DNA of 64,000 bases, taken from positions 256,050 to 320,049 of the forward strand of contig CAWAHN010000004.1 of the NCBI GenBank assembly GCA_963781845.1, given 5' to 3'. The position numbers were made by a program, and so were the translations under genes. Shown piece by piece: positions 33,289 through 42,326 of the stretch. The DNA comes from an uncultured Chloroflexia bacterium (lineage in GTDB: Bacteria > Chloroflexota > Limnocylindria > Limnocylindrales > CSP1-4). The notes under the pieces are model-generated. The model saw only the letters and a list, made by a program, of their open reading frames with translations, did not search any database and was not told the DNA's origin. How positions within the stretch are numbered: position 1 is the first letter of the stretch; every line of letters starts with the position of its first letter.

Positions 33289-34680
33289 ATGCGTCGCTTC
33301 GTCCCCATCCTCATCGTGGTCATCGGCCTGCTCGCGCTCGCCATCGACTTCTGGCCCGGCCTCAAGCTGCCGGCCCTCGGCGACCCCTCGGCGGGGTCGC
33401 GCCTCGTCGAGACGAAGCTCGGGCTCGACCTCCAGGGCGGCCTCCGGGTCGAGTACCAGGCGCTCCCGGTCGGCGACAAGTCGCCCGACGCCGGAGCGAT
33501 GGCGACGATCCGCGACATCATCGAGCGGCGAGTGAACTCGACCGGCGTGTCCGAGCCGATCGTCGTCGTCCAGGGTACGGACCGCGTCGTCGTCGAGCTG
33601 CCGGGGGCCACCGACCGCGAGGCGATCGAGCGGCTCGTCGGCCAGACCGGGCAGCTGACGTTCGTGCCGCTGCCGGCCGACCGCTACGGCACGTCGACGA
33701 CCGGAGGTCCGAACGGCGTGCTCGACGGCCAGCCGCTGCCGGACGATCCGAACCTGACGCCGCTGTTCACCGGCGAGCATCTGACTGCGGCGAACCCCGG
33801 GAACGACCAGACGACGGGCGAACCGGTCGTGGCGTTCACCCTCGACGACACGGCGGCCAAGCTGTTCGCCGAGTACACCAAGGCGCACGTCGGCGAGTTC
33901 TTCGCGATCGTCCTCGACGGGAAGGTCATCTCGGCCCCGAGCATCCGCGAGCAGATCCCCAACGGCTCCGGTCAGATCACGATGGGCTCGGGCAAGGACG
34001 CGGTCGCGTCGATGAACGACCTGGTCGCCGTCCTCCGCTACGGCTCGCTGCCGTTCCCGATCCATGCCGTCCAGGACTCGCAGATCAGCGCCACGCTCGG
34101 GGCGGAGTTCCTCCATTCGAGCCTCGTCGCCGGAGCCATCGGGATCGGGCTGGTCTTCCTGTTCATGCTCGTCTACTACCGGCTGCCGGGGATCGTGGCC
34201 GACCTGGCGCTCCTGTACTACGCGATCGTGGTGCTGGCGATCTTCCGGCTCATCCCGGTGACGCTGACCCTGGCCGGGATCGCCGGCTTCGTCCTGTCGG
34301 TGGGCATGGCGGTCGACGCCAACATCCTCATCTTCGAGCGGACCAAGGAAGAGCTCCGGTTGGGCAAGACCCTCAACTCCGCGGTTGAGGCGGGCTTCGC
34401 CCGGGCCTGGAATTCGATCCTTGACTCGAACGTCTCGAGCCTGATCACCGCCGGGATCCTGTACGCCTTCGGTTCGCCGACGATCAAGGGCTTCGCGCTC
34501 GTCCTGATCATCGGCGTGCTCACCTCGATGTTCACCGCGGTCACCGTGACCCGGACGATCCTGCGGGTCGTCGTCCGTCAGGACTTCGCGCGCAAGGCCA
34601 GGTTGTGGGGGGTCAGCGACGACGATTTCCTGGCGCGGACCCCGGGCCGCGGTCCGCGTCCGGTGCGCGCCCGTGTTTGA
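33289..34680 (+). CDS. secD: Protein translocase subunit SecD
   Basis: It has an N-terminal TM helix, a periplasmic head (LGLDLQGGLRVEY...), then the 5-6 TM core with SVGMAVDANILIFER and LDSNVSSLITAGILY. Confidence 0.93.
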   Translation: MRRFVPILIVVIGLLALAIDFWPGLKLPALGDPSAGSRLVETKLGLDLQGGLRVEYQALPVGDKSPDAGAMATIRDIIERRVNSTGVSEPIVVVQGTDRVVVELPGATDREAIERLVGQTGQLTFVPLPADRYGTSTTGGPNGVLDGQPLPDDPNLTPLFTGEHLTAANPGNDQTTGEPVVAFTLDDTAAKLFAEYTKAHVGEFFAIVLDGKVISAPSIREQIPNGSGQITMGSGKDAVASMNDLVAVLRYGSLPFPIHAVQDSQISATLGAEFLHSSLVAGAIGIGLVFLFMLVYYRLPGIVADLALLYYAIVVLAIFRLIPVTLTLAGIAGFVLSVGMAVDANILIFERTKEELRLGKTLNSAVEAGFARAWNSILDSNVSSLITAGILYAFGSPTIKGFALVLIIGVLTSMFTAVTVTRTILRVVVRQDFARKARLWGVSDDDFLARTPGRGPRPVRARV

Positions 34681-35891
34681 CGTCATCGGCAAACGTCGCT
34701 GGTTCTTCCTGATCTCGGCGATCGCGACGATCCCCGGCTTCATCTTCATCCTTCTCGGTCCGATCACCAACGGTGCGGCCGGGCTGCAGTTCTCGATCGA
34801 CTTCACGGGCGGGACGAACTGGGAGATCCGGTTCGAGGACCCGACCGTCACCGGCAGCCAGATCAAGTCGGCGCTCGCGGACCAGGGCGTGACCGACGCG
34901 TCGGTCATCGCGACCAGCGGCGGCTTCTACGAGATCCGTTCGCGGCAGGTCGCCCTGCCGCCGCCGGCCGCGACCCCGTCGCCGTCGATCGCGCCGAGCG
35001 GCGCCGCGTCACCCGGCGCCTCGGCCTCTGCCGGAGCGTCGACATCGCCGGGGGCGAGCGCCTCGCCGGGCGCTGGCACATCCGCGTCGCCCGGGGCGTC
35101 CGCGTCGGCCGCGTCCGTCGGTTTCGCCCAGCCCGGGATCGTCCGCGTCGGCCGCTCCGTCGGCGTCCGCCGCGCCGTCCGCGTCGCCGGGCATCGGCGT
35201 CGGCAGCACCGAGCCGCAACTGCCGACGACCGGTGCGTTCGGCAAGATCGCGACCGGGCTGCAGAAGGAGCTCGGGCCGATCGCGGCCCAGCGCGCGCTG
35301 TCGACCGTCGGGCCCGTCATCAGCCAGGAGCTGACCCAGCAGGCCGCGCTGCTCATCGTCCTCGGCTCGATCGGGATCCTGATCTGGATGACCATCCGGT
35401 TCCACGACGTCAGGTTCGGTGCGACCGCGCTGGTGGCGCTCGTCCACGACGTGCTCGTGCTCATCGGCACGTTCGCCATCCTCGGGACGTTCTTCCGCGT
35501 CCAGATCGACGCCCTGTTCGTGACCGCGGTCCTGACGGTCATCGGCTTCAGCGTCCACGACACGATCGTCGTCTTCGACCGCGTCCGGGAGAACCGGGCC
35601 CGCCACATCGGCGAGCCGTTCGACCGGATCGTCAACCACTCGATCCTGCAGACGTTCGGGCGCTCGATCAATACCAGCCTGACCGTCATCATCACCCTTA
35701 CGGCGCTGCTCCTGTTCGGCGGCGCCGCGACGAGCTACTTCGTCCTCGCCCTGCTGATCGGCATCGTGTCCGGGACGTACTCCTCGATCTTCAACGCCTC
35801 GCCGCTGCTGGTCGTCTGGCACAACTGGGATGACCGCCGGCGCGGGCGGGTGGCGACCACCGGACGACCAGCCCGCCGCTCCGCGTCCTGA
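34673..35891 (+). CDS. secF: Protein translocase subunit SecF, reading frame broken near 35110-35130 inside a S/A/P/G-rich insertion
   Basis: The N-terminal part is in the frame of ORF 34673 (MFDVIGKRRWFFLISAIATIPGF...GLQFSIDFTGGTNWEIRF). The C-terminal TM core is in the frame of ORF 35388 and is open upstream to about 35100 (...TGAFGKIATGLQKELGPIAAQRALSTVGPVISQELTQQAALLIVLGSIGILIWMTIRFHDVRFG...FSVHDTIVVFDRVREN). The span is 1219 nt, which is 3n+1. The GTG start overlaps secD by 8 nt. Confidence 0.85.
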
Positions 35892-35942
35892 TCCCGGCGT
35901 GCGGGTAAGGCTCGGTGCAGCGGGTCGTGGCATCCTGACATC

Positions 35943-37712
35943 GTGATCGAGCCCCGCTTCCGCTGGAACCTTCCGAAGCGCGCCCGACCGACCGACGAGC
36001 TGATCGCGGCCGCCCTCGCAGCGGGGATCTCGGAGCGCATCGCGCTCCTCCTCGAGTCGCGCGGCGTGCGCGGCACGTCGGAGCTCCAGGCCTTCCTCGC
36101 GCCGAGCGGCCAGGGACTCCACGACCCGAGCCTCCTGCCCGACGCCGGACGGCTCGTGGCGCGACTGGAGCGGGCACGATCCGCCGGCGATCGGGTGCTC
36201 GTGTTCGGCGACTTCGACGCCGACGGCCTGACCGGCCTGGCGATCATGGTCCGGGCGCTACGGGCCTACGGCCTGGACGTCGAACCGTACGTCCCGAGCC
36301 GGCTGGACGAGGGTCACGGACTCAGCGTGCGAGCCGTGGAGACCGCCGAGTCGACCGGACGGTCGCTGATCGTGACGGTGGATACGGGTTCGACGAGCGT
36401 CGACGAGATCGCCGAGGCGGGTCGGCGCGGCATCGACGTCATCGTCACCGACCATCACCGGCTGCCGCCCGTCCTGCCCGCGACCGTGGCCCTGGTCAAT
36501 CCCCACCGCGACGACTCGGTCTACCCCGATCCGCGCCTGGCGGGCAGTGGTGTCGCCTTCAAGGTCGCCCAGCTGATCCTGACCGACCTGCCTGCCGGCT
36601 CGACGATGCTCGACGACATGGCCGCCCTGGCGACGATCGGCACGGTGGCTGACGTCGCCCCGATCGTCGGGGAGAACCGGGCGATCGCGAAGATCGGGCT
36701 CGACCGGCTCCGCAGCGCGCCGCCGGCCGGGATCGCCGCGCTCCTCGTGGGCGCGGGAGCCGGGTCCGGCGCCATGGACCTCGAGACCGTCGCGTTCGTC
36801 ATCGCGCCGCGGATCAACGCCGCCGGACGGATGGGCGATGCGCTCGACGCCGCCCGGCTGCTGCTGACCGACGATCCCGCGGAGGCGACCGACCTCGCGG
36901 CTCGGCTCCACCTGGCGAACATCGCCCGCAGGGACCTCACGAAGACGGCCATGGCGGAGGCCCAGGCGGTCCTCGCGGCCGAGCCGGGCGATCCCGCGGC
37001 CACCGTCGTGCGTGGAGCGTGGCCGGTCGGGGTGATCGGCCTCGTCGCCGGGCGGCTCGCGGAGGAACGCGGCCGACCCGCGGTCGTCGGGACGGACATC
37101 GACGGCCTGATCAGGGCGTCCTGCCGGAGTGCCGGCGGCGTGGACCTGGGTGCCGTCCTCGCCCAGTGCGCAGACCTGTTCATCCGTCACGGCGGTCACC
37201 CGGGCGCCGCCGGGTTCGAGCTCCCGGCCGAGCGCTGGGATGTCTTCCGCGAGCGCTTCCTGGCCATCGTCACGAATGTCTCGCCCCCGTCGTCCGATCG
37301 ACGCCCCGAGTTGAAGGTGGATCTCGTCGTGCCCGGCTCGGAGGTGGACTACCCGTTCATCCGCGAGCTGCATCGGCTCGATCCGACCGGACCGGGCAAT
37401 CCCGATCCGCTCGTCGCCGTCGAGGGCCTCACCGTGACCCGTGTCCGCGCCGCCACCGGCGGCCACTCCCAGCTGACCCTGCGCAAGCGACTCGACGTGG
37501 TCGACGGGATCGCCTTCGGGCGTTCGGATCTCGCCGAGATCGTGCGCGAGGGCGACCGGCTCGACGTCGTCGCGCGGGTCGTCACGCGCCGGTTCGGCGG
37601 CTACGAATCGATCCAGCTCGAGATCCGGGATGTCGCTCCGGCCGGCCATGTCGCCGAGCTCGCGCCCGACGAGGATGGCCGTGAGCCGCTCCTGACCGGT
37701 GTCGCGCGATGA
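35943..37712 (+). CDS. recJ: Single-stranded-DNA-specific exonuclease RecJ
   Basis: DHH motifs are VLVFGDFDADGLTGLAIM, VTVDTGS and IVTDHH. The DHHA1 block is GGHPGAAGF. There is a C-terminal OB-like domain. Confidence 0.93.
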   Translation: MIEPRFRWNLPKRARPTDELIAAALAAGISERIALLLESRGVRGTSELQAFLAPSGQGLHDPSLLPDAGRLVARLERARSAGDRVLVFGDFDADGLTGLAIMVRALRAYGLDVEPYVPSRLDEGHGLSVRAVETAESTGRSLIVTVDTGSTSVDEIAEAGRRGIDVIVTDHHRLPPVLPATVALVNPHRDDSVYPDPRLAGSGVAFKVAQLILTDLPAGSTMLDDMAALATIGTVADVAPIVGENRAIAKIGLDRLRSAPPAGIAALLVGAGAGSGAMDLETVAFVIAPRINAAGRMGDALDAARLLLTDDPAEATDLAARLHLANIARRDLTKTAMAEAQAVLAAEPGDPAATVVRGAWPVGVIGLVAGRLAEERGRPAVVGTDIDGLIRASCRSAGGVDLGAVLAQCADLFIRHGGHPGAAGFELPAERWDVFRERFLAIVTNVSPPSSDRRPELKVDLVVPGSEVDYPFIRELHRLDPTGPGNPDPLVAVEGLTVTRVRAATGGHSQLTLRKRLDVVDGIAFGRSDLAEIVREGDRLDVVARVVTRRFGGYESIQLEIRDVAPAGHVAELAPDEDGREPLLTGVAR

Positions 37713-38985
37713 CGCGTCGAGCAGGCCGTACCCGCGGCGCTGGGGCTCGCCCGACGTCGGATCCCTACGGGATCGGCCCCGCGGGCTCGCTCGTCGCTCC
37801 GGCGATCGCGGTGGTCGGGTTGATCGCCGTCGCCCTCGTCACCGTCGCCCTGTTCACCGGGTCGATCCCGCTGCCGGGGTCCGGCTCGACCGGCGGTGGC
37901 GGTGGGGGCGGTGGCGGAGGAGGAGGCGGTGGGACCGCGCTCGGTCCCGAGCGCACGCCGACGCCGTCGAACGTCGTCGTCGTCGATCCGCGGACGAACA
38001 TCCCCGGGACGCTCGTCTTCGTCAAGCAGGGCAACCTCTGGACGCAGACTGGCAACAAGGCGGTCCAGATCACCACCAGCGGCACGGGCTCGATGCCGAG
38101 CTGGTCGCCCGACGGCCAGTGGATCTACTACATCGAGAGCGTCCACGACACCGGGTACTTCCCGGGAGGCGGCAACGCCGCGACCCGCTACTCGATGGAC
38201 TACCCGGTGCTCACGCGGATCCATCCCGACGGGAGCGGCGCGCAGAAGCTCCAGAGCGGGCGGTTCCGCAAGGGCCAGTACACCTGGTTCTACTGGATCC
38301 GGCAGCCGCGGGTCTCGCCCGACGGCAACACGGTCGCCCTCGTATCGGACGGGCCCGACCCGACGAACAGCGATGTCGTCCTCCAGACGTACAACGTCAA
38401 GGCCGACTCGATGAAGCGGCTGCCCGTCGGTGAGAACCCGCCCCTTGGCCACCAGGACCCGGCCTGGCGACCCGACGGGAAGCTGCTCCTGTATGTCAAG
38501 AACGGCCGGAACGGTACCGCCGGCGCGCCGACGATCTATCGCTATGACCCTGCGACCAAGAAGTCCAGCCCGCTGAGCCCCCCGGGCTACATGCAGCCGT
38601 CGTGGTCCCCGGACGGCCGCTGGATCGCCGTCACCAAGACGAGCTCGCTCGGGACGGATGTCGCGATCCTCGATGCAAAGAGCGGGACCGAGGTCCTGCG
38701 CCTGACCAACGACGGCCGTTCATGGGCTCCGGTCTGGTCGCCGAAGGGCGACTCGATCGTGTACATGAACATCGACGGTCTCATCGTCGACCTCAAGATG
38801 ATCGGGCTGAGCGGCGACGGCCCGACCTGGAAGACGGCCCAGATGCCGGACGTGACCCAGTACAGCGGCCTGGACGGCGGATCCGGCGCCAGCTGGTACA
38901 TCCCGGCGGACCAGCTCCCCCGCCGGCGGCGACGCCGGCGAGCTCCGCGCCCGCCGGCAGCCCGGCAGGCTCGACCGCTCCGTGA
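37709..38985 (+). CDS. Membrane-anchored TolB-like PD40 beta-propeller protein; frame break at a C5 run (38917-38921)
   Basis: Its ATG overlaps the recJ stop (ATGA). After a TM helix and a Gly14 run come PD40 repeats (PSWSPDGQWIYY, PRVSPDGNTVALV, PAWRPDGKLLLY, PSWSPDGRWIAV, PVWSPKGDSIVY). After ...WYIPADQLP the annotated frame becomes Arg-rich and overlaps pyrF. The other frame reads PPPAATPASSAPAGSPAGSTAP and stops at TGA 38983-38985, overlapping the pyrF GTG. Confidence 0.8.
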
Positions 38986-39857
38986 CCCTCGGTTACCTCG
39001 AACGGCTCGCGGCGAGGACCGCCCGGACGGGGACGGTCCTGTGCCTGGGACTCGACCCCGATCCGCGGGCGCTGCCCGAGGGCTTCACACCGGACATCGC
39101 CGGGATCGAGGCGTTCTCCCGGCTGCTCATCGAGGCCTGCCTCCCATCGGCGGCTGCGGTCAAGCCCAACCTCGCGTTCTTCGAGGCATTCGGACCCGAG
39201 GGTCTGGCCGCGCTCGAGCGGATCCGCGCCCTGATCCCCGCCGACGTCCCGTTCGTCGCCGATGCCAAGCGGGGCGACATCGGCTCCACGGCGGCACGCC
39301 AGGCCGCGGCCTTGTTCGACCGACTGGGCGCCGACGCGATCACGGTCAACCCGTATCTCGGCGGCGAGGCGATCGAACCCCTGCTCGAGCGCTCGGATCG
39401 GTTCGCCTACGTCCTGTGCCGGACGTCGAATCCCGGTGCGAGCGAGCTGCAGGACCTGGTGGTCGAGGCCGACGCCGACGGTGCGCCCCGCGAGCGGCTG
39501 TATGAACGCGTCGCCCGCCGAGTGGCGGGTTGGGGGCCGGGCGGGACCGTGGGCCTCGTGGTCGGGGCGACCGCGCCGGACGAGATGGCCCGGATCAGGG
39601 CGACGGCTCCCGGGTCGGCGTTCCTGGTCCCCGGGATCGGCGCCCAGGGCGGGGAGATCGACCCGGTGTTGCTCTATGGCCCGGCCAGCGTGTCACCGGC
39701 CGGCGGCCGCGACGGCGGCGGGCTGCTCGTCAACGTGTCGCGGGGCATCGCGCGCGCCGCGATCGAGGGGCCCGCGGATGGGAGGTCGATCGACCTCGGC
39801 GAGGTCCTCGAGGCGGCCGCCCGCGGATGGGCCGAACGCCTCCCTATGCTAAGGTAG
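38982..39857 (+). CDS. pyrF: Orotidine 5'-phosphate decarboxylase (type 2)
   Basis: Blocks present: LCLGLDPDP, VKPNLAFFEA, FVADAKRGDIGSTA, and ...VNPYLG...PGIGAQGG. Confidence 0.92.
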   Translation: MTLGYLERLAARTARTGTVLCLGLDPDPRALPEGFTPDIAGIEAFSRLLIEACLPSAAAVKPNLAFFEAFGPEGLAALERIRALIPADVPFVADAKRGDIGSTAARQAAALFDRLGADAITVNPYLGGEAIEPLLERSDRFAYVLCRTSNPGASELQDLVVEADADGAPRERLYERVARRVAGWGPGGTVGLVVGATAPDEMARIRATAPGSAFLVPGIGAQGGEIDPVLLYGPASVSPAGGRDGGGLLVNVSRGIARAAIEGPADGRSIDLGEVLEAAARGWAERLPMLR

Positions 39858-39903
39858 GCCCCGCCGCTGGGCGCAACTTGATCGCAAGGAGCAGCGCACA
39901 CCG

Positions 39904-40458
39904 ATGCCCATGCCCGGACCGCTCGAGCTCGTCGTCATCCTGGTGATCGCGCTGCTCATCCTCGGCCCAGGCCGGCTTCCGGACGTCGGCGCGGCCCTCG
40001 GCAAGGGCATCCGCGAGTTCCGGAAGGCGTCGTCGGACATCCAGGATTCGGTCTCCGTCGACACGACGCCACTGCCGGCCGATCCCGCCGCGCCGGCGCC
40101 ACCCGCCTCCGCCCCGCAGGTCGCCGCTCCACCCGCGGCGTCAGCTGCCGCTCCGGCGACGATCGCCCAGGCCGCTGCCGCGCCGGTCGCTGTCGCAGCC
40201 GCCGCCGCGCCGATCGTCGAGGCCGCGGCTCCGCCGGCCGCTCCGTCCGCGGCCCCCATCGCGGTCGAGCCCGTCCCACCGGTGCCGGCCCCGGCCGCGC
40301 CCGAGTCGTTCGCGCTCCCGCCGGAGCCGACGGCGCCGCTGATGGCGGCCGCAGCGTCCGGGGTCCCCCCGGTCGAGGCTCCCCCGACCGCGGAGGTCGC
40401 CAGCCCGGTGTCGAACCCGGTGTCGGCCGAGCAGCCCGGCTCCGACGACGCGTCCTGA
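39904..40458 (+). CDS. tatA: Twin-arginine translocase subunit TatA/E with ~130-aa Ala/Pro-rich tail
   Basis: MPMPGPLELVVILVIALLILGPGRLPDVGAALGKGIREFRKA is the canonical TatA TM helix, hinge and amphipathic helix. AAGGAG lies upstream. Confidence 0.9.
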   Translation: MPMPGPLELVVILVIALLILGPGRLPDVGAALGKGIREFRKASSDIQDSVSVDTTPLPADPAAPAPPASAPQVAAPPAASAAAPATIAQAAAAPVAVAAAAAPIVEAAAPPAAPSAAPIAVEPVPPVPAPAAPESFALPPEPTAPLMAAAASGVPPVEAPPTAEVASPVSNPVSAEQPGSDDAS

Positions 40459-40491
40459 CCCGCGCCCGCGGGGCCGGACCCGGCGATCACC

Positions 40492-41328
40492 ATGACCGAG
40501 AACCCGTCCTCGGCTGAGGCCGCTCCGGTCGGCCCGAGCGCCGCGGCCATCGCTGCGCCGGTCCCGGTGCCGGTCGAGCCGGCGGCCGGCACGACGTCTG
40601 GCGCGGCGCCGGGGACGCCGGCCGATCCGTCCACGATGAGCCTGGTCGACCACCTCGGCGAGCTGCGCGACCGGCTATTCAAGATCATCGCGGCGGTGGC
40701 GATCGGGTCGGTCGTCGGCTACCTGCTGAGCGACCGGGTGATCGTCCTGCTCGAGGCACCGCTGGGAGGGCTCCAGAAGGGGCTGATCGTGCTCGGCCCG
40801 GGCGACGCGTTCTTCATCGTGATGAAGATCTCGATCGTCATCGGGATCATCCTGGCGATGCCCGTGATCCTCTACCAGCTGTGGGCCTTCGTCGGACCCG
40901 GTCTGACCGCACAGGAGCGTCGGACGATCCGGCCGTGGCTGCCGATGGCGATCCTGTTCTTCGCCCTCGGGGTCGCCATCGCCTACGTGATCCTGCCGTA
41001 CGCGGTCGGGTTCCTGCTGGGCTTCACCAACGGGACGACGCTCATCGCGTCGCTGGCCGCTGGACCCTACTTCGACTTCGTGACGACCCTGTTCCTCGCC
41101 TTCGGGCTGGTCATGGAGTTCCCGATCATCCTGTACGCGCTGTCGCGCGTGAACATCCTCAGCTCCCAGCGCCTCCGCGCGTCGCGCCGCTACGTGATCC
41201 TCGGGATCACGATCTTCGCGACGGTCGTGACCCCGGGCGGCGACCTGGTCAGCCCGTTCGTGCTGGGGGTGACGATGTACGTCCTGTACGAGACCACCAC
41301 CTGGTTCATCGCCCGGGGCGGCCGCTGA
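40492..41328 (+). CDS. tatC: Twin-arginine translocase subunit TatC
   Basis: The core is MSLVDHLGELRDRLFKII... with 6 TM helices. The conserved core starts at ATG 40636; the ATG at 40492 would add a 48-aa A/P-rich N-extension. Confidence 0.9.
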   Translation: MTENPSSAEAAPVGPSAAAIAAPVPVPVEPAAGTTSGAAPGTPADPSTMSLVDHLGELRDRLFKIIAAVAIGSVVGYLLSDRVIVLLEAPLGGLQKGLIVLGPGDAFFIVMKISIVIGIILAMPVILYQLWAFVGPGLTAQERRTIRPWLPMAILFFALGVAIAYVILPYAVGFLLGFTNGTTLIASLAAGPYFDFVTTLFLAFGLVMEFPIILYALSRVNILSSQRLRASRRYVILGITIFATVVTPGGDLVSPFVLGVTMYVLYETTTWFIARGGR

Positions 41329-41398
41329 GCGCGGAGCCGGACGCCGTCGGACCGATGCCCGACCGGTCGCCGAGCCATCGCGGCGTAGACTGGACCGG

Positions 41399-42322
41399 AT
41401 GAGCGGCCCCGGTCCCCTCGACCCGTCCGATCCGGCGGCGGCCGCCCGGCCGCCCGCGAACCCCCACGTCGTGATCCTCAGCGGGCTGTCCGGCGCCGGC
41501 AAGACCGCCGCGACGAAGCTCTTCGAGGACCTCGGCTACACCTGCGTCGACAACCTCCCCGGGGAGCTGCTGCCCGAGCTCGCCGAGCTGGTGTCCGGCG
41601 ACCGCGAGCGCTTCGACAAGACGGCCATCGTGCTCGACGTCCGAGCCGGCGACGCGGTCCTCGCCCTGGCGGCGATGCGCGGGGCGCTCGAAGGCCGCGG
41701 GATCAAGCCCCAGGTCTTCTTCCTGGAGGCGCGCGACGAGGTCCTCATCCGGCGCTTCTCCGAGACGCGCCATCGCCACCCGTTGGCCGACCAACGCGGG
41801 ATCGCCGCGTCGATCGCGGAGGAACGTCGTCGCCTGGAACCCATCCGGGACGAGGCCGACGTCGTGCTCGACACGAGCGATCTCGCACTCCGCGAGCTCC
41901 GCGAGCGCGTCTTCACCCACCTGGCCGACTCGCCCGACCCGGATCGCCTGGCGATCCAGCTGATCAGCTTCGGCTTCAAGTACGGGCTGCCGCTCGAGTC
42001 CGACCTCGTGTTCGACGTGCGATTCATGCAGAACCCGTACTACATCGAGGAGCTCCGGACCTCGTCAGGGCTGACCGAGGCGGTCCGGACGTTCGTCCTG
42101 GCGCAGTCGACCACGGTCCGGTTCATGGCCTACCTCGAGGAGTTCCTGACGTTCATCGTGCCGGCCTACGTCGGGGAAGGGAAGACCCGGCTGACGATCG
42201 GGATCGGCTGCACCGGCGGGTTCCATCGCTCGATCGCGATCGCCGAGGAGCTCGCCGCCTGGCTGCGGCAGCAGGACCTCGGGACGGTGGCCGTCTTCCA
42301 TCGCGAGCTCGAGCGCGGGTGA
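41399..42322 (+). CDS. rapZ: RNase adapter / nucleotide-binding protein RapZ (YvcJ)
   Basis: The P-loop is VILSGLSGAGKTAA. The C-terminal block is IGIGCTGGFHRSIAIAEEL. TAGACT lies 7 nt upstream of the ATG. Confidence 0.92.
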   Translation: MSGPGPLDPSDPAAAARPPANPHVVILSGLSGAGKTAATKLFEDLGYTCVDNLPGELLPELAELVSGDRERFDKTAIVLDVRAGDAVLALAAMRGALEGRGIKPQVFFLEARDEVLIRRFSETRHRHPLADQRGIAASIAEERRRLEPIRDEADVVLDTSDLALRELRERVFTHLADSPDPDRLAIQLISFGFKYGLPLESDLVFDVRFMQNPYYIEELRTSSGLTEAVRTFVLAQSTTVRFMAYLEEFLTFIVPAYVGEGKTRLTIGIGCTGGFHRSIAIAEELAAWLRQQDLGTVAVFHRELERG

Positions 42323-42326
42323 GGAC

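Noticed and set aside
37893-37934. A G-rich run (GGN)14 considered as a G-quadruplex or regulatory element.
   Set aside because: It lies in frame inside the PD40 gene and simply encodes Gly14. I have no independent evidence for a DNA-level function, so it is noted only under that gene.
39849-40688. A 279-aa Ala/Gly-rich minus-strand ORF opposite tatA/tatC.
   Set aside because: It is the mirror image of the Ala/Pro-rich TatA tail. The plus strand carries an unmistakable TatA N-terminus with a Shine-Dalgarno sequence, and the minus ORF has no motif or start context.
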